DNA from: the human T2T-CHM13v2.0 reference genome, Homo sapiens
Assembly: GCA_009914755.4 (NCBI GenBank)
Contig: CP086569.2
Span: 61,664,001-61,728,000 of the forward strand
Direction: 5' to 3'
Length of the DNA stretch: 64,000 nt
The notes beneath the pieces are model-generated. The model was not told the DNA's origin, did not search any database, and saw only the letters and a list, made by a program, of their open reading frames with translations. Within the stretch, counting starts at the first letter, position 1. Every line of letters starts with the position of its first letter. Positions 38,004-57,995 of the stretch are shown in pieces. The translations under genes and the position numbers were made by a program.

Positions 38004-40114
38004 ATATTTTTCAAATGAAAAAAAATTTCAAAGCTACTCTGCTTGGTACAATAATCAAATGTATAAACTGAGGAATAAAACATAACCATGAAACATACTT
38101 ATAACTGCATATGGAAAATACAGAGGATAATTTTTTGAATAACATATTTTGAAAGCCTTAACTAGTAATTGAAAGAGTTGGCATTTGAAAGGCCAGTATG
38201 AATATACCTTCAAAGCAGCAACACAGGTTCCCCATGAGAAAAATCAAACTCAGGGAAAATGAAACCACAAAGGTTCAATCTCTTCTGACCTTTGAAAGAC
38301 ACAGCACAGACAGTGGTCCTTAGGACCAAGAGCAGGAGACCCCTAATCCCGTCACCATGGCGATAGGGCATAAACATTGCTGGGTGAGGGCACAATCCAC
38401 ATTGAGAGGTCCAACTGCTGCCAGGAAGACAGGAGTGCTTTTACATAGACCGAAAGGTCATTGAAGGCTCAGAGTTTTGTTTGAAAAACTGAATCCCAAG
38501 CCCACAGGTTATTGTGCTGCGCTTCTTAAAACAAGTTATGAGATGGGAAATAGGGCACCCACAAACATACGTATATATTATGTATATAATAATATACAGT
38601 ATCATATATATAATATGTATAACCTATGTAAAATATTGTTTTACATCCTGCATCTTATATTATATATATTGTATATAATATAATAATTGATAATATATAA
38701 GATTATATTTATACATTATGACATATAATATATATTATACTTTATGACATATATAATATATATTATATATCATATATAGAATATATTATATGGTTAATAT
38801 ACGTATTATATATAACTATACATTATATATATTATTTGTAATATATCTGTTATATATAATATGCATTATATATAATATATATATTATGTCTATGTTATAT
38901 ATAGTATAAAACAACATATAATTATATATAATTGTATACATAAAATATGACATATAATATATATTTTATTTTATGACATATAATATATATTATATATAAT
39001 ACGTTGTATGTATGATACCTATATTAAATATATATTATAAGACTATGCTATTAAATACATGTCATATATGTTATCTATTATATATTTTACATAGAATATA
39101 CTGGTTACTTATAATATGTTCTATGTTACCTATAATGTATAATTTATTACATATAATAGGATGAATGTCATATATTATATATAATTTATAATATACAATA
39201 TGTGGAATGTGATATATATAAGGTAAAATATATGATATATGATATACAGTATATGATATATAACATACAATATATGATACACAATATATATGGTATACAA
39301 TATATATTTTATGATATGTATTCTATATGTTTTACATTCTCTTATATATACCTATTTGAAATTATATATAACTGTATAATATTTTATGTAAATATGTAAT
39401 ATAATATGTAAAACTATGTAATATATTATATATAACTATATATTATGTTATCTATAGTTTTAGTACATAATTTACATAAAATATCATAATATAATATTTA
39501 TTATATTATTTTTTATTACAAAATATATATTATATATCACAGAATATAAGTTACATACATAATATTAAAATATAGATTATATGATGATTTATTAAATACC
39601 ATATATATCATGTATCATATATCGTATAATATATATTATGCATTATATAATATGCATGTTGTCTGTTATGTGATACATATAACTATATATATAATTATAT
39701 TATTACATGTATAACTACATAAACATGTAATTCTATATATTTTCATTTATAACATATATAATTATATAATCATATATAATTATTTATATTCTATAAAAAA
39801 TTATATCATTGTATATATTATAATATATATCAATTATAATATGTACTAAAAATATATATATTATATATCATATATGATATAGTATATATGTTATATATCA
39901 TATTACATATAACTATGTATTATGTTATCTATAATTATATATTTTCCTACATAAGATGTATAATATGTATTATATATTATATATGTTATGTAACCTATAT
40001 AGTATAGATAAGATGACACAGGGTAAATATTATATACTATGACGTATAAAATATATGAGGTTATATGTTAGATATAAAGCATATTACATAACATATAATA
40101 TATATCATATATAA
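37706..40114. repeat. DYZ2 unit 5 (~2409 bp)
   Basis: Alu starts at 37706 and the ORF anchor sits at 38210. Confidence 0.85.
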
Positions 40115-40412
40115 TTTTTCTTTAGAGAGAGTCTTGACCTGTTGCACAGGGTGGACTACAATGGCGCCATGTTTGCTCACTGCAACATCTGCCTCACGGG
40201 TCCAAGCGATTGTCCTCCCTCAGCCTCCAAGGTAGCAGGGACTACACCACCCTGGGACTACACCAGCTGCCACCGTGCCTAGCTAATTTTTTGGATTTTT
40301 CGTAGTGACAGCGTTTCACTGTATTGGCCAGGATGGTCTTGATCTCTTCACCTTGTGATCCCCTTGCCTTGGCCTCCAAATTTGCTGGGATTACAGGCCT
40401 GAGCCAAGATAC
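40115..40412 (-). mobile_element. Alu SINE copy within DYZ2 unit 6
   Basis: Same Alu as at 28064. Its poly-T is interrupted (tttttcttt). Confidence 0.95.
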
Positions 40413-42527
40413 ATATTTTTCAAATGAAAAAAAATTTCAAAGCTACTCTGCTTGGTACAATAATCAAATGTATAAACTGAGGAATAAAACATAACCATGA
40501 AACATACTTATAACTGCATATGGAAAATACAGAGGATAATTTTTTAAATAACATATTTTGAAAGCCTTAACTAGTAATTGAAAGAGTTGGCATTTGAAAG
40601 GCCAGTATGAATATACCTTCAAAGCAGCAACACAGGTTCCCCGTGAGAAAAATCAAACTCAGGGAAAATGAAACCACAAAGGTTCAATCTCTTCTGACCT
40701 TTGAAAGACACAGCACAGACAGTGGTCCTTAGGACCAAGAGCAGGAGACCCCTAATCCTGTCACCATGGCGATAGGGCATAAACATTGCTGGGTGAGGGC
40801 ACAATCAACATTGAGAGGTCCAACTGCTGCCAGGAAGACAGGAGTGCTTTTACATAGACCGAAAGGTCATTGAAGGCTCAGAGTTCTGTTTCAAAACCTG
40901 AATCCCAAGCCCACACGTTATTGTGCTGCCCTTCTTAAAACAAGTTATGAGATGGGAAATAAGGTACCCACAAACATACGTATAGATTATGTATATAACA
41001 ATATACAGTATCATATATATAATATATATAACCTATATATAATATTGTTTTACATCCTGCATCTTATATTATATATATTGTATATAATATAATAATTGAT
41101 AATATATAAGATTATATTTATACAATATGACATATACTATATATTTTACTTTATGACATATATAATATATATTATATATCATATATAGAATATATTATAT
41201 GGGTAATATACGTTTTATATATAACTATACATTATATATATTTTTTGTAATACATCTGTTATATATAATATACATTATATATAATATATATATTATGTCT
41301 ATGTTATATATAGTATAAAACAACATATAATAATATATAATTGTATACATAAAATATGACATATAATATATATTTTATTTTATGACGTATAATATATATT
41401 ATATATTATATATAATACGTTCTATGTATGATACCTATATTAAATATATATTATATGACTATGCTATTAAATACATGTCATATTTGTTATATATTATATA
41501 TTTTACATAGAATATACTGGTTATATATAATATATTCTATGTTACCTATAATGTATAATTTATTACATATAATATAATGAATGTCATATATTATATATAG
41601 TTTATAATACAATATGTGGAATGTGATATATATAACATAAAATATATGATATATGATATACAATATATGATATATAACATACAATATATGATACACAATA
41701 TATATGGTATACAATATATATTTTATGATATGTATTCTATATGTTTTATATTCTGTTATATATACCTATTTGAAATTATATATAACTGTATAATATTTTA
41801 TGTAAATATGTAATATAATATAAATAACTATGTATTATATTATATATACTATATATTGTGCTATCTATAGTTTTATTACATAATTTACATAAAATATCAT
41901 AATATAAAATTTATTATATTATTTTATATTACATAATATATATTATATATAACACAATATAAGCTACATACATAATATTAAAATATAGATTATATGATGA
42001 TATATTAAATATCATATATATCATGTATCATATATTGTATATTATATATTATACATTATATAATATGCATGTTGTCTGTTATGTGATATATATAACTATA
42101 TATATAATTATATTATTATATGTATAACTACATAAACATGTAATTCTATATATTTTCATTTATAATATATATAATTATATAATCATATATAATTATTTAT
42201 ATTCTATAAAAAATTATATCATTATATAAATTATAATATATATAAATTATAATATGTACTAAAAATATATATATTATATATCATATATGATATAGTATAT
42301 ATGTTATATATCATATTACATATAACAATGTATTATGTTATCTCTAATTATATATTTTCCTATATAAGATGTATAATATGTATTATATATTATATATGTT
42401 ATGTAACCTATATAGTATATATAAGATGACACAGGGTAAATATTATATACTATGACGTATAAAATATATGAGGATATATGTTAGATATAAAGCATATTAC
42501 ATAACATATAATATATATCATATATAA
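40115..42527. repeat. DYZ2 unit 6 (~2413 bp)
   Basis: Alu starts at 40115 and the ORF anchor sits at 40619. Confidence 0.85.
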
Positions 42528-44940
<2,413 letters not shown>

Positions 44941-45238
44941 TTTTTTTTTAGAGAGGGTCTTGACCTGTTGCACAGTGTGGAGTACAATGGCGCCATCTTT
45001 GCTCACTGCAACATCTGCCTCACGGGTCCAAGCGATTGTCCTCCATCAGCCTCCCAGGTAGCTGGGACTACACCACACTGGGACTACACCAGCTGCCACC
45101 GTGCCTAGCTAATTTTTTGGATTTTTCGTAGTGACAGCGTTTCACTGTATTGGCCAGGATGGTCTTGATCTGTTCACCTTGTGATCCCCTTGCCTTGGCC
45201 TCCAAATTTGCTGGGATTACAGGCCTGAGCCAAGATAC
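44941..45238 (-). mobile_element. Alu SINE copy within DYZ2 unit 8
   Basis: Same Alu as at 28064. Confidence 0.95.
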
Positions 45239-47355
45239 ATATTTTTCAAATGAAAAAAAATTTCGAAGCTACTCTGCTTGGTACAATAATCAAATGTATA
45301 AACTGAGGAATAAAACATAACCATGAAACATACTTATAACTCCATATGGAAAATACAGAAGATAATTTTTTAAATAACATATTTTGAAAGCCTTAACTAG
45401 TAATTGAAAGAGTTGGCATTTGAAAGGCCAGTATGAATATACCTTCAAAGCAGCAACACAGGTTCCCCATGAGAAAAATCAAACTCAGGGAAAATGAAAC
45501 CACAAAGGTTCAATCTCTTCTGACCTTTGAAAGACACAGCACAGACAGTGGTCCTTAGGACCAAGAGCAGGAGACCCCTAATCCCGTCACCATGGCGATA
45601 GGGCATAAACATTGCTGGGTGTGGGCACAGTCCACATTGAGAGGTCCAACTGCTGCCAGGAAGACAGGAGTGCTTTTACATAGACCGAAAGGTCATTGAA
45701 GGCTCAGAGTTCTGTTTCAAAACCTGAATCCCAAGCCCACAAGTTATTGTGCTGCGCTTCTTAAAACAAGTTATGAGATGGGAAATAGGGCACCCACAAA
45801 CATACGTATACATTATGTGTATAACAATATACAGTATCATATATATAATATATATAACCTATGTATAATATTGTTTTACATCCTGCAACCTATATTATAT
45901 ATATTGTTTATAATATAATAATTGATAATATATAAGATTATATTTATACAATATGACATATACTATATATTATACTTTATGACATATATAATATATATTA
46001 TATATCATATATAGAATATATTATATGGTTAATATACGTATTATATATAACTATACATTATATATATTATTTGTAATACATCTGTTATATATAATATACA
46101 TTATATATAATATATATATTATGTCTATGTTATATATAGTATAAAACAACATATAATAATATATAATTGTATACATAAAATATGACATATAATATATATT
46201 TTATTTTATGACATATAATATATATTTTATATTATATATAATACGTTGTATGTATCATACCTATATTAAATATATATTATATGACTATGCTATTAAATAC
46301 ATGTCATATATGTTATATATTATATATTTTACATAGAATATACTGGTTATATATAATATATTCTATGTTACCTATAATGTAGAATTTATTACATATAATA
46401 TAATGAATGTCATATATTCTATATAATTTATAATATACAATATGTGGAATGTGATATATATAACATAAAATATATGATATATGATATACAATATATGATA
46501 TATAACATACAATATATGATACACAATATATATGGTATACAATATATATTTTATGATATGTATTATATATGTTTTACATTCTGTTATATATACCTATTTG
46601 AAATTATATATAACTGTATAATATTTTATGTAAATATGTAATATAATATAAATAACTATGTAATATATTATATATACTATATATTGTGTTATCTATAGTT
46701 TTATTACCTAATTTACATAAAATATCATAATATAATTTTTATTATATTATTTTATATTACATAATATATATTATATATCACACAATATAAGTTACATACA
46801 TAACACTAAAATATAGATTATATGATGATATATTAAATATCATATATATCATGTATCATATATTGTATATTATATATTATACATTATATAATATGCATGT
46901 TGTCTATTATGAGATATATATAACTATATATATAATTATATTATTATATGTATAACTACATAAACATGTAATTCTATATGTTTTCATTTATAATATATAT
47001 AATTATATAATCATATATAATTATTTATATTCTATAAAAAATTATATCATTATATAAATTATAATATATATAAATTATAATATGTACTAAAAATATATAT
47101 ATTATATATCATATATGATATAGTATATATGTTATATATCATATTACATATAACAATGTATTATGTTTTCTCTAATTATATATTTTCCTATATAAGATGT
47201 ATAATATGTATTATATATTATATATGTTATGTAACCTATATAGTATATATAAGATGACACAGGGTAAATATTATATACTATGACGTATAAAATATATGAG
47301 GTTATATGTTAGATATAAAGCATATTACATAACATATAATATATATCATATATAA
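44941..47355. repeat. DYZ2 unit 8 (~2415 bp)
   Basis: Alu starts at 44941. The anchor ORF is disrupted here, but the underlying sequence is present at ~45445. Confidence 0.85.
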
Positions 47356-49741
<2,386 letters not shown>

Positions 49742-50037
49742 TTTTTTTTTAGACAGAGTTTTGTCCTGTTGCACAGGTTGCAGTACAATGGCGCCATCTT
49801 TGCTCACTGCAACATCTGCCTCACGGGTTCAAGCGATTGTGCCCCCTCAGACTCGCAGGTAGCTGGGAGTACACCACACTGGGGCTACACCAGCTGCCAC
49901 CATGCCTAGCTAATGTTTTGGATTTTTAGTAGTGACAGCGTTTCATTGTATTGGCCAGGATGGTCTTGATCTCTTCACCTTGTGATCCCCTTGCCTTGGC
50001 CTCCAAATTTGCTGGGATTACAGGCCTGAGCCAAGAT
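49742..50037 (-). mobile_element. Alu SINE copy within DYZ2 unit 10 (most diverged copy)
   Basis: Same Alu with more substitutions (agacagagttttgtcctg, caggttgcagtac, gttcaagcgattgtgccccctcagactcgcagg). Confidence 0.9.
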
Positions 50038-51507
50038 ATATATTTTTTAAATGAAAAAATATTTCAAAGGTATTCTGCTTGGTACAATAATCAAATATAT
50101 AAATTGAGGGATAAAACATAACCATGGAACATATTTATAACTGCATATGGAAAATACAGAGGATAATTTTTTAAATAACATATTTTGAAAGCATTAACTG
50201 GTAATTTGAAGAGTTGGCATTTGAAAGGCCAGTATGAATATACCTTCAAAGCAGCAACACAGGTTCCCCATGGGGAAAATCCAACTCAGGGAAAATAAAA
50301 CCACAAAGGTTCACTCTGTTCTGACCTTTGAAAAACACAGCACAGACAGTGGCCCTTAGGACCAAGAGGAGGAGATCCCTAATCCCGTCACCATGGCGAT
50401 AGGGCATAAACATTGCAGGATGAGGGCACAAAACACATTGAGAGGTCCAACTGCTGCCAGGAAGACAGGAGTGCTTTTACATAGACCCAAAGGTCATTGA
50501 AGGCTCAGTGTTTTGTTTCAAAAACTGAATCCCAAGCCCACACATAATTATGCTGCGCTTCTTAAAAAAAGTTATGACATGGGAAATAGGGCACCCACGA
50601 TTACATCTACACATTATGTATATAATAATATATAGAATCTTATATATAATATATGTAACATATATATATAATACTGTTTTACATCTTGCATTTATATTAT
50701 ATATATTATATGTATTATAATAACTGGTAATGTATAAGTATTATATTTATACACTATGATATATAATAATTATATTTTATGACATATATAATATATTTTA
50801 TATATCATATACAAAATATATTATATGGTTAATATACGTTTTAAATATATAATATACATTATATATATTATATCTACGTTATATGTAACATTCACTATAG
50901 ATAATATATATATTATATCTAGCTTATATATAATATAAAATAAAATATAATAATATATAATTGTATATACAAAATATGACATATAATATATATTATATAT
51001 TATGACATATATATGATATATATTATATATCATATATAATATGTTGTATGTATAATACATATATTAAATATATATTATATGTCTATGTTATTTATTATAT
51101 GTAATATATGTTATATATTACATATTTGACATAGAATACATGTGTTACATAGAATATATTCTATGTTACATATAACGTAGAATTTATTATATGTAGTATA
51201 ATGTATGTCATATATTATAAATACTTTATAATATACAATATGTGGAATGTGATATATATAACATGTAATATATGATATATGATATACAATATAAGATATA
51301 TAACATACAATATATGATACATAATATATATGGTATACAATATATATTTTATGTTATATATTATATAAGTTTTATATTTTATTATATATAACTATTTAAA
51401 ATTATATATAACTGTATAATATTATACGTAAATATAAAATATAATATATATAACCATATATTATGTTATATATTATTTTATTACATACTTTCCATAATAT
51501 ATCATAT
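49742..51507. repeat. DYZ2 unit 10, partial (diverged edge variant; truncated at unit phase ~1765 by the DYZ1 junction)
   Basis: Alu starts at 49742 and the ORF anchor sits at 50246. The AT-rich core ends at ...ccataatatatcatat|ggactctttggaatgg. Confidence 0.8.
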
Positions 51508-54422
51508 GGACTCTTTGGAATGGTCTAGTATGCAATGCAATCGACTGGCAGGGAATCAAATGGAATGTAATCGAATGGATTGGACTGGAATGCAATGGAC
51601 TCGAATAGATAGGAAACGGAATGCAAAGGAATGGAATGAAATAGTATGGAATGGAATGGAAAGGAATGGAGTGCAATAGACTAGAGTGGAATGGAATGGA
51701 CTCGAAAGCAATGGACTGGAATGGAACTTTCTTGAATGGGCTGGAATCAAACGGAATGGAATGCCATGCAATCAAATAGAATGAAAGAGAATCAAATCCA
51801 ATCGAATGGATTGGAAAGTAATTGACTCAAATGGAATGGATTAGAATGGAAGGCAAAGGAAAGGAATCTATTGGATTGGACTGTAATGGAATGGAATAGA
51901 AGGGATTGGAATGGAATCGAATGGAATGGACTGCAATGGAAAGGATTCGAATGGAATGAAAAAGAATTGAATGGAATAGAACAGAATGGAATCTAATCGA
52001 ATGAAATGGAATGGAATAGAAAGGATTCGATTGGAATGCAATCGAAAGGAATGGAATCGAATGGAATGGAATAAAATGGAAGAAAACTGGCAAGAAATTT
52101 AATCGAAATGAATGGAGTGTTATGGAACGGACTCAAAAGGAATTGAATGTAATAGAATGGAGTGGAGTGGACTCGAATATAATGGACTGGAGTGGAATGA
52201 AATCACAAGGAATGGGAACGAATGGAATGGAATGGAAAGGAATGGAATCGAATGGAAAGGAATCGAATGGAAGGGAATGAAATTGAATCAACAGGAATGG
52301 AAGGGATTAGAATAGACTGTAATGGAATGGACTCGAATAGAATGGACACGAATGCTCAAATTGAATGGACTTGAATAGAATGGAAACGAAAGGAATGTCA
52401 TCGAATGGAATTGAATCGATTGGAATGATATCGCATAGAATGGAGTGGAATCAAATGGAATTGAATCAAAAGTAAAGGAAGCGAATGGACTGAAATGAAA
52501 TGGAATGGAATTGAATGGAAAGTAATGCAATGGAATAGAATGGAACGAAATTTCACGGAATGGAATCAAACAGAATGGAATCAAATCAATGGAATCAAAT
52601 CAAATGGAATGGAATGGAATGGAATGGAATAGATTGGATTGGAAGGGATTGGAATGCAATGGAATGGAAAGGACTCGAATTTCATGAAACGGAATGGAAT
52701 GAATTGGAACGGAATGGACTCGAATGGAATGGAATGTCATGGAATGACATCAAATGGAATGGAATCAAATGGAATGGCATCGAATGCAATGGAATGTTAT
52801 GGAATGGAATGTCCTCTAATGGAATGGATTCGATTGGAATGGAATCAAATATAATGGAGTCGAATGAAATGGAATTGAAAGGAATGGGATCGAATAGAAT
52901 GGAATATACTGGAATGTAATGTAATGAAGTCGAATGTAATTGACTGGATTGGAATGTACATGAATATAATGTAATCGAATGGAAAGTAATCCAATGGAAT
53001 AGAATCTAATGCAATAAAACTGACTCAAATGGAATAGAATGTAATGGAATGCACTGCAGTGCAATGGAATGGATTGGAATGGAATGAAATGCAATGGAGT
53101 GGAATGGAATGGGATGGAATGGTATGGAATGGATTGTAATGGTCTGGAGTGAAATGGACTGGAAAGGAATGGACTCAAATTGAAAGGGATCGAAAGGAAT
53201 GGAGTCAAATGGAATGTTCTGGAATGGAATGAACTCGAATGTAATGCAATCCAATAGAATGGAATCGAATGGAATGGAATATAAAGAAATGGAACCGAAG
53301 AGAATGGAAACAAATGGAATGGAATTGCACGGAATTGAATCGAATCGAATCTAATGTAATTGAACGGAAAAAATGGAACTGAATAGAATGGAAAACAATG
53401 GATTCGACTGGCATCTAATAGAATGAAATGGAATGCAGTGAGTTGGAGTGGATTGTAATGGAGTTGAATGGAATGGGGTGTATTTGAATTGAATGGAGTG
53501 GAGTGGAGTAAACTGGAGTGGAATGGAATAGAATGGGCAGGCATGGAATTGAAAGGCGTGGAGTGGAGTGGAATTGAGAGGAGTGGAATGGAGTAGGGTG
53601 GATTGTAGTGGAGAGTATTGGAAAAGAGTGGACTGGAATGGAATGGAATGGAATGGAGTGGAATGGAATGGAATTGAGTGAAGTGGAGTGGAGTGGAATG
53701 GAGAGTAATGGAGTGGAGTGGACTTGATTGGAGTAGATAGCAGTACATTGGACTGTACGGGATAGAAGTGGCTTGGAGTGCAATGGAGCTGAGTGGAATG
53801 GAATGGAATGGATTGGAATGGACTGGAAAGGAATGGAATGGAATGGATTTAAATGGCAGGGAATCAAATCGAATTGAATCATATTGAAAGAAGTCAAATC
53901 GACTGGAGGAAAGAAATCGAATGAAATCGAATGGAATGAATGGAAGAGAGTGCAATGTTATAGAATGGAATGGAGACAGATGGAATGGAATGGAACAGAG
54001 AGCAATGGTATAGAATGCAATGGAATCATATGGAATAGAATTGAATGGAATGGAATAACATGAAATGGAATGGAATGGAATGGAAGGATCTTGAATTAAA
54101 TGGACTGGAATGGAATGGACTCGAACGGAGTGGAATGGAAAGGATTGAAATAGAATGGAATGGACTCCTTTGGAATGGTCTAGTATGGATGCAATCGACT
54201 GGCAGGGAATCAAAAGGAATGTAATCGAATGGATTGGACTAGAATGCAATGGACTCGAATAGATTGCAAACGGAATGCAATGGAATGGAATGGAATAGTA
54301 TGGAATAGAATGGAGAGGAATGGAGTGGAATAGACTAGAGTGGAATGGAATGGACTCGAAAGCAATGGACTGGAATGAAACGGTCTTGAATGGAATGGAA
54401 TCAAACGGAATGGAATGGAATG
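51508..54422. repeat. Rearranged HSat3/DYZ1-type unit (~2915 bp): ~110 bp of deletions near the start and a middle section replaced by a divergent block
   Basis: By comparison with the left HOR, 51508-52100 covers phase 3270 to 440 with deletions and 52100-53330 covers phase 440 to 1680. The stretch 53330-53950 is non-canonical, and 53950-54422 covers phase 3060 to 3524. Confidence 0.7.
53330..53950. repeat. Divergent GGAGT/GTGGA-rich pentameric block inside an HSat3 unit (unknown sub-family)
   Basis: The block carries gagtggagtggaatggagtagggtggattgtagtggagag and tggagtggacttgattggagtagatagcagtacattggactgtacggg. It replaces ~1.4 kb of canonical HOR sequence, and nothing similar occurs in the 8 left copies. 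Confidence 0.7.
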
Positions 54423-57400
54423 CAATGCAATCAAACGGAATGGAATAAAATAGAATGAAAGAGAATCAAATGGCATTGAATCGAAAGGAATCGAACGGAT
54501 TGGAAAGGAATAGAATGGAATGGAATGGAATTGACTCAAATGGAATGGAATAGAATGGAATGGAGTCGAATGGAAGGCAAAGGAATGGAATCTATTGAAA
54601 TGGGCTGTAATGGAATGGAATGGAAGGGATTGGAATGGACTCGAATGGAATAGACTACAATAGAAAGGATTCGAATGGAATGAAAAAGAATTGAATGGAA
54701 TAGAACAGAATGCAATCAAATCGAATGAAATGGAATGGAATAGAAAGGAATGGAATGAAATGGAATGGAAAGGATTCGAATGGAATGCAATCGAACGGAA
54801 TGTAATCGAACGCTATGAAATAAAATGGAAGAAAACTGGCAAGAAATGGAATCGAAATGAATGGACTGTTATGGAATGGACACAAAGGGAATTGAATGTA
54901 ATGGAATGGAGTGGAGTGGACTCGAATATAATGGACTGGGATGGAATGGAATCACATGGAATGGGAACGAATGGAATGGAATGAAAAGGAATGGAATCGA
55001 ATGGAAAGAAATCGAATGAAACGGAATGAAATTGAATCAACAGGAATGGAAGGGATTAGAATAGAGTGGAATGGAATGAACTCGAATAGAAAGACACGAA
55101 TGCTCAAATTGAATGGACTCGAATGGAATGGAAACGAAAGGAATGTCATCGAATGGAATTGAATCGATTGGAATGAAATTGCATAGAATGGAGTGGAATC
55201 AAATGGAATTGAATCGAATAGAAAGGAAGCGAATGGACTGAAATGAAATGGAATGGAACTGAATGGAAAGTAATGCAATGGAATAGAATGGAACGAAATT
55301 TCACGGAATGAAATCAAACAGAATGGAATCAAATCAATGGAATATAATCAAATGGAATGGAATGGAATGGAAAGGAATGGAATGGAATACATTGGATTGG
55401 AAGGGATTGGAATGAAATGGAATGGAAAGGACACGAATTTCGTGAAACGGAATGGAATGAATTGGAATGGAATGGACTCGAATGGAATGGAATGTCATGG
55501 AATGGCATCAAATGGAATGGAATCAAATGGAATGGAATCGAATGCAATGGAATGTTATGGAATGGAATGGAATGTATTGGAATGGAATGTCCTCTAATGG
55601 AATGGATTCGAGTGGAATGGAATCGAACATAATGGAGTTGAATGAAATGGAATTGAAAAGAACGGGATCGAATAGAATGGAATATACTGGAATGTAATGT
55701 AATGAAGTCGAATATAATTGACTGGAATGGAATGTACATGAATGGAATGTAATCGAATGGAAAGTAATCCAAAGCAATAGAATCTAATGCAATAAAATCG
55801 ACTGAAATGAAATAGAATGCAATGGAATGGAGTGCAGTGCAATGGAAAGGAAAGGAATGGAATGCAATGGATTGGAATGGAATGGAATGGAATGGAATGG
55901 AAAGGAATGTAATGGAATGGAATGCAATGGAATAGGATGGAATGGAATGGATAGTAATGGACTGGAGTGAAATGGACTGGAAAGGAATAGACTCAAATCG
56001 AAAGGGCTCGAAAGGAATGGAGTCAAATGAAATGGTCTGGAATGGAATGAACTCGAATATAATGCAATCCAATAGAATGGAATCGAATGGAATGGAATAT
56101 AAAGAAATGGAATCGACGAGAATGGAAACAGATGGAATGGAATTGAATGGAATGGAATTGAATGGAATGGGCAGGAATGGAATGAAATTGTATGGAATAG
56201 AAGAGAATAGAATGGAAAGCAATGGATAAGAAAGGAATGGATTGGAATGGAAGGGAATGTAGTGTAATGGACTGGCATGGAATAAACTGGAATGCTACGG
56301 TCTCGAATGGAATAAAAATGTATGGAAAGGAATGCAATGAAACGGAATCGAATGTCATAGAATGTAATGGAATGCAAAAAAATGGAGTCCAAAATCATTG
56401 ACTGGAAAGGCTGGGTGTCGAAAGGAATTGACTCCAATGGAATGGAATCAAATGGAATGGAAGTGAATAGAATCGAACTAAATCGAATGGAATGGAATTG
56501 ATAGGAAGGGAATGGAAAGGAATGGAATGATTTGGCATGGAATGGAATCGAATGGACTCGAATGGAATGGAATGGAATGCAATGGAATGGAATGTATTAG
56601 AATGTAATGAACTTTAATGGAATGCACTCGAATGGATTAGACTGGAACGGAATGTTCTGGAAGTGAATGGACTCCAATGGAATGGATTCAAAAGGAATGG
56701 AAACGAACGGAATGGAATCTAATGAAATGGAATTAAATGTAAAGGAATCAAATCGAATAGCACAGAATTGAATTGAATGGAATCGAATGCAATGGAATCT
56801 AATGAAACGGAAAGGAAAGGAATGGAATGGAATGGAATGGGCTGGAATGGAATGGAATCGAAACGAATGGAACGGAATAGAACTGAAGAGACTTGAATGG
56901 AATGCACAGGAATGGAAGGGAGTGTAATTGAAGGTTCTCGAAAAGACTGGAATCGAATGGAATGGAATTGAATGGAACGGAATAGAGTCGAATGGAATTG
57001 AATGGAATGGAATGGAGTAGAGTGAAATGGAATCGAGTCACAAGGAATGGACAGGAATAGAACGGTCTCGAATTGAATGGAATCATATGGAATGGAATCC
57101 AACGGAATGGAATGGACAGCAACGGAATGGAATGCACTCGAATGCAATGGAGTCGAAACTATTGGAATGGAATAGAATGGACTCGACTGGTACGGACTCC
57201 AATGGAATGGAATCGAAGGGAATGGAATCGAAAGGAATGGACTCGAAGTGAAAAGACTGCAATAGAAAGGTCTCGAATGGAATGGAAATTAATGGAATGG
57301 AATGGAATCGAATGACATGGAGTCAAAAGGAATGGAATCGAATGGCAAGAAAACGAATGTAATGGAATCGCAAGGAATGGATGTGAACGGAACGGAATGG

Positions 57401-57995
57401 AATGAAATCAAAAGGAATGGAATAGAATGGAATGGAAACGAATGGAATGGACTAGAATGGAAATGACTCGAATAGAATGGAATTTAACAAAATAGAATCA
57501 TATGTAAAGGAATGGAATGGAAAGGAATCGAAACGAAAGGAATGGAGACAGATGGAATGGAATGGAACAGAGAGCAATGGTATATAATGGAATGGAATCA
57601 TATGGAATGGAATTGAATGGAATGGAATAATATGAAATGGAACGGAAAGGAATGGAATGCACTTGAATTAAAGGGACTGGAATGGAATGGACTCGAACGG
57701 AGTGGAATGGAAAGGATTGAAATAGAATGGAAAGGACTCCTTTGGAATGGTCTAGTATGCAATGCAAACGACTGGCAGGGAATCAAAAGGAATGTAATCG
57801 AATGGATTGGACTGGAACACAATGGACTCGAATACATTGGAAACAGAATGCAATGGAATGGAATGGAATAGTATGGAATGGAACGGAAAGGAATGAAGTA
57901 GAATGGACTAGAGTGGAATGGAATGGACTCGAAAGCAATGGACTGGAATGGAACGATCTTGAATGGACCGAAATCAAACGGAACGGAATGCAATG
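54423..57995. repeat. HSat3/DYZ1-type HOR copy, right array (3573 bp variant)
   Basis: The phase-start string caatgcaatcaaacggaatggaataaaatagaatgaaagagaatc sits at 54423. The next phase start is at 57996. Confidence 0.75.
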
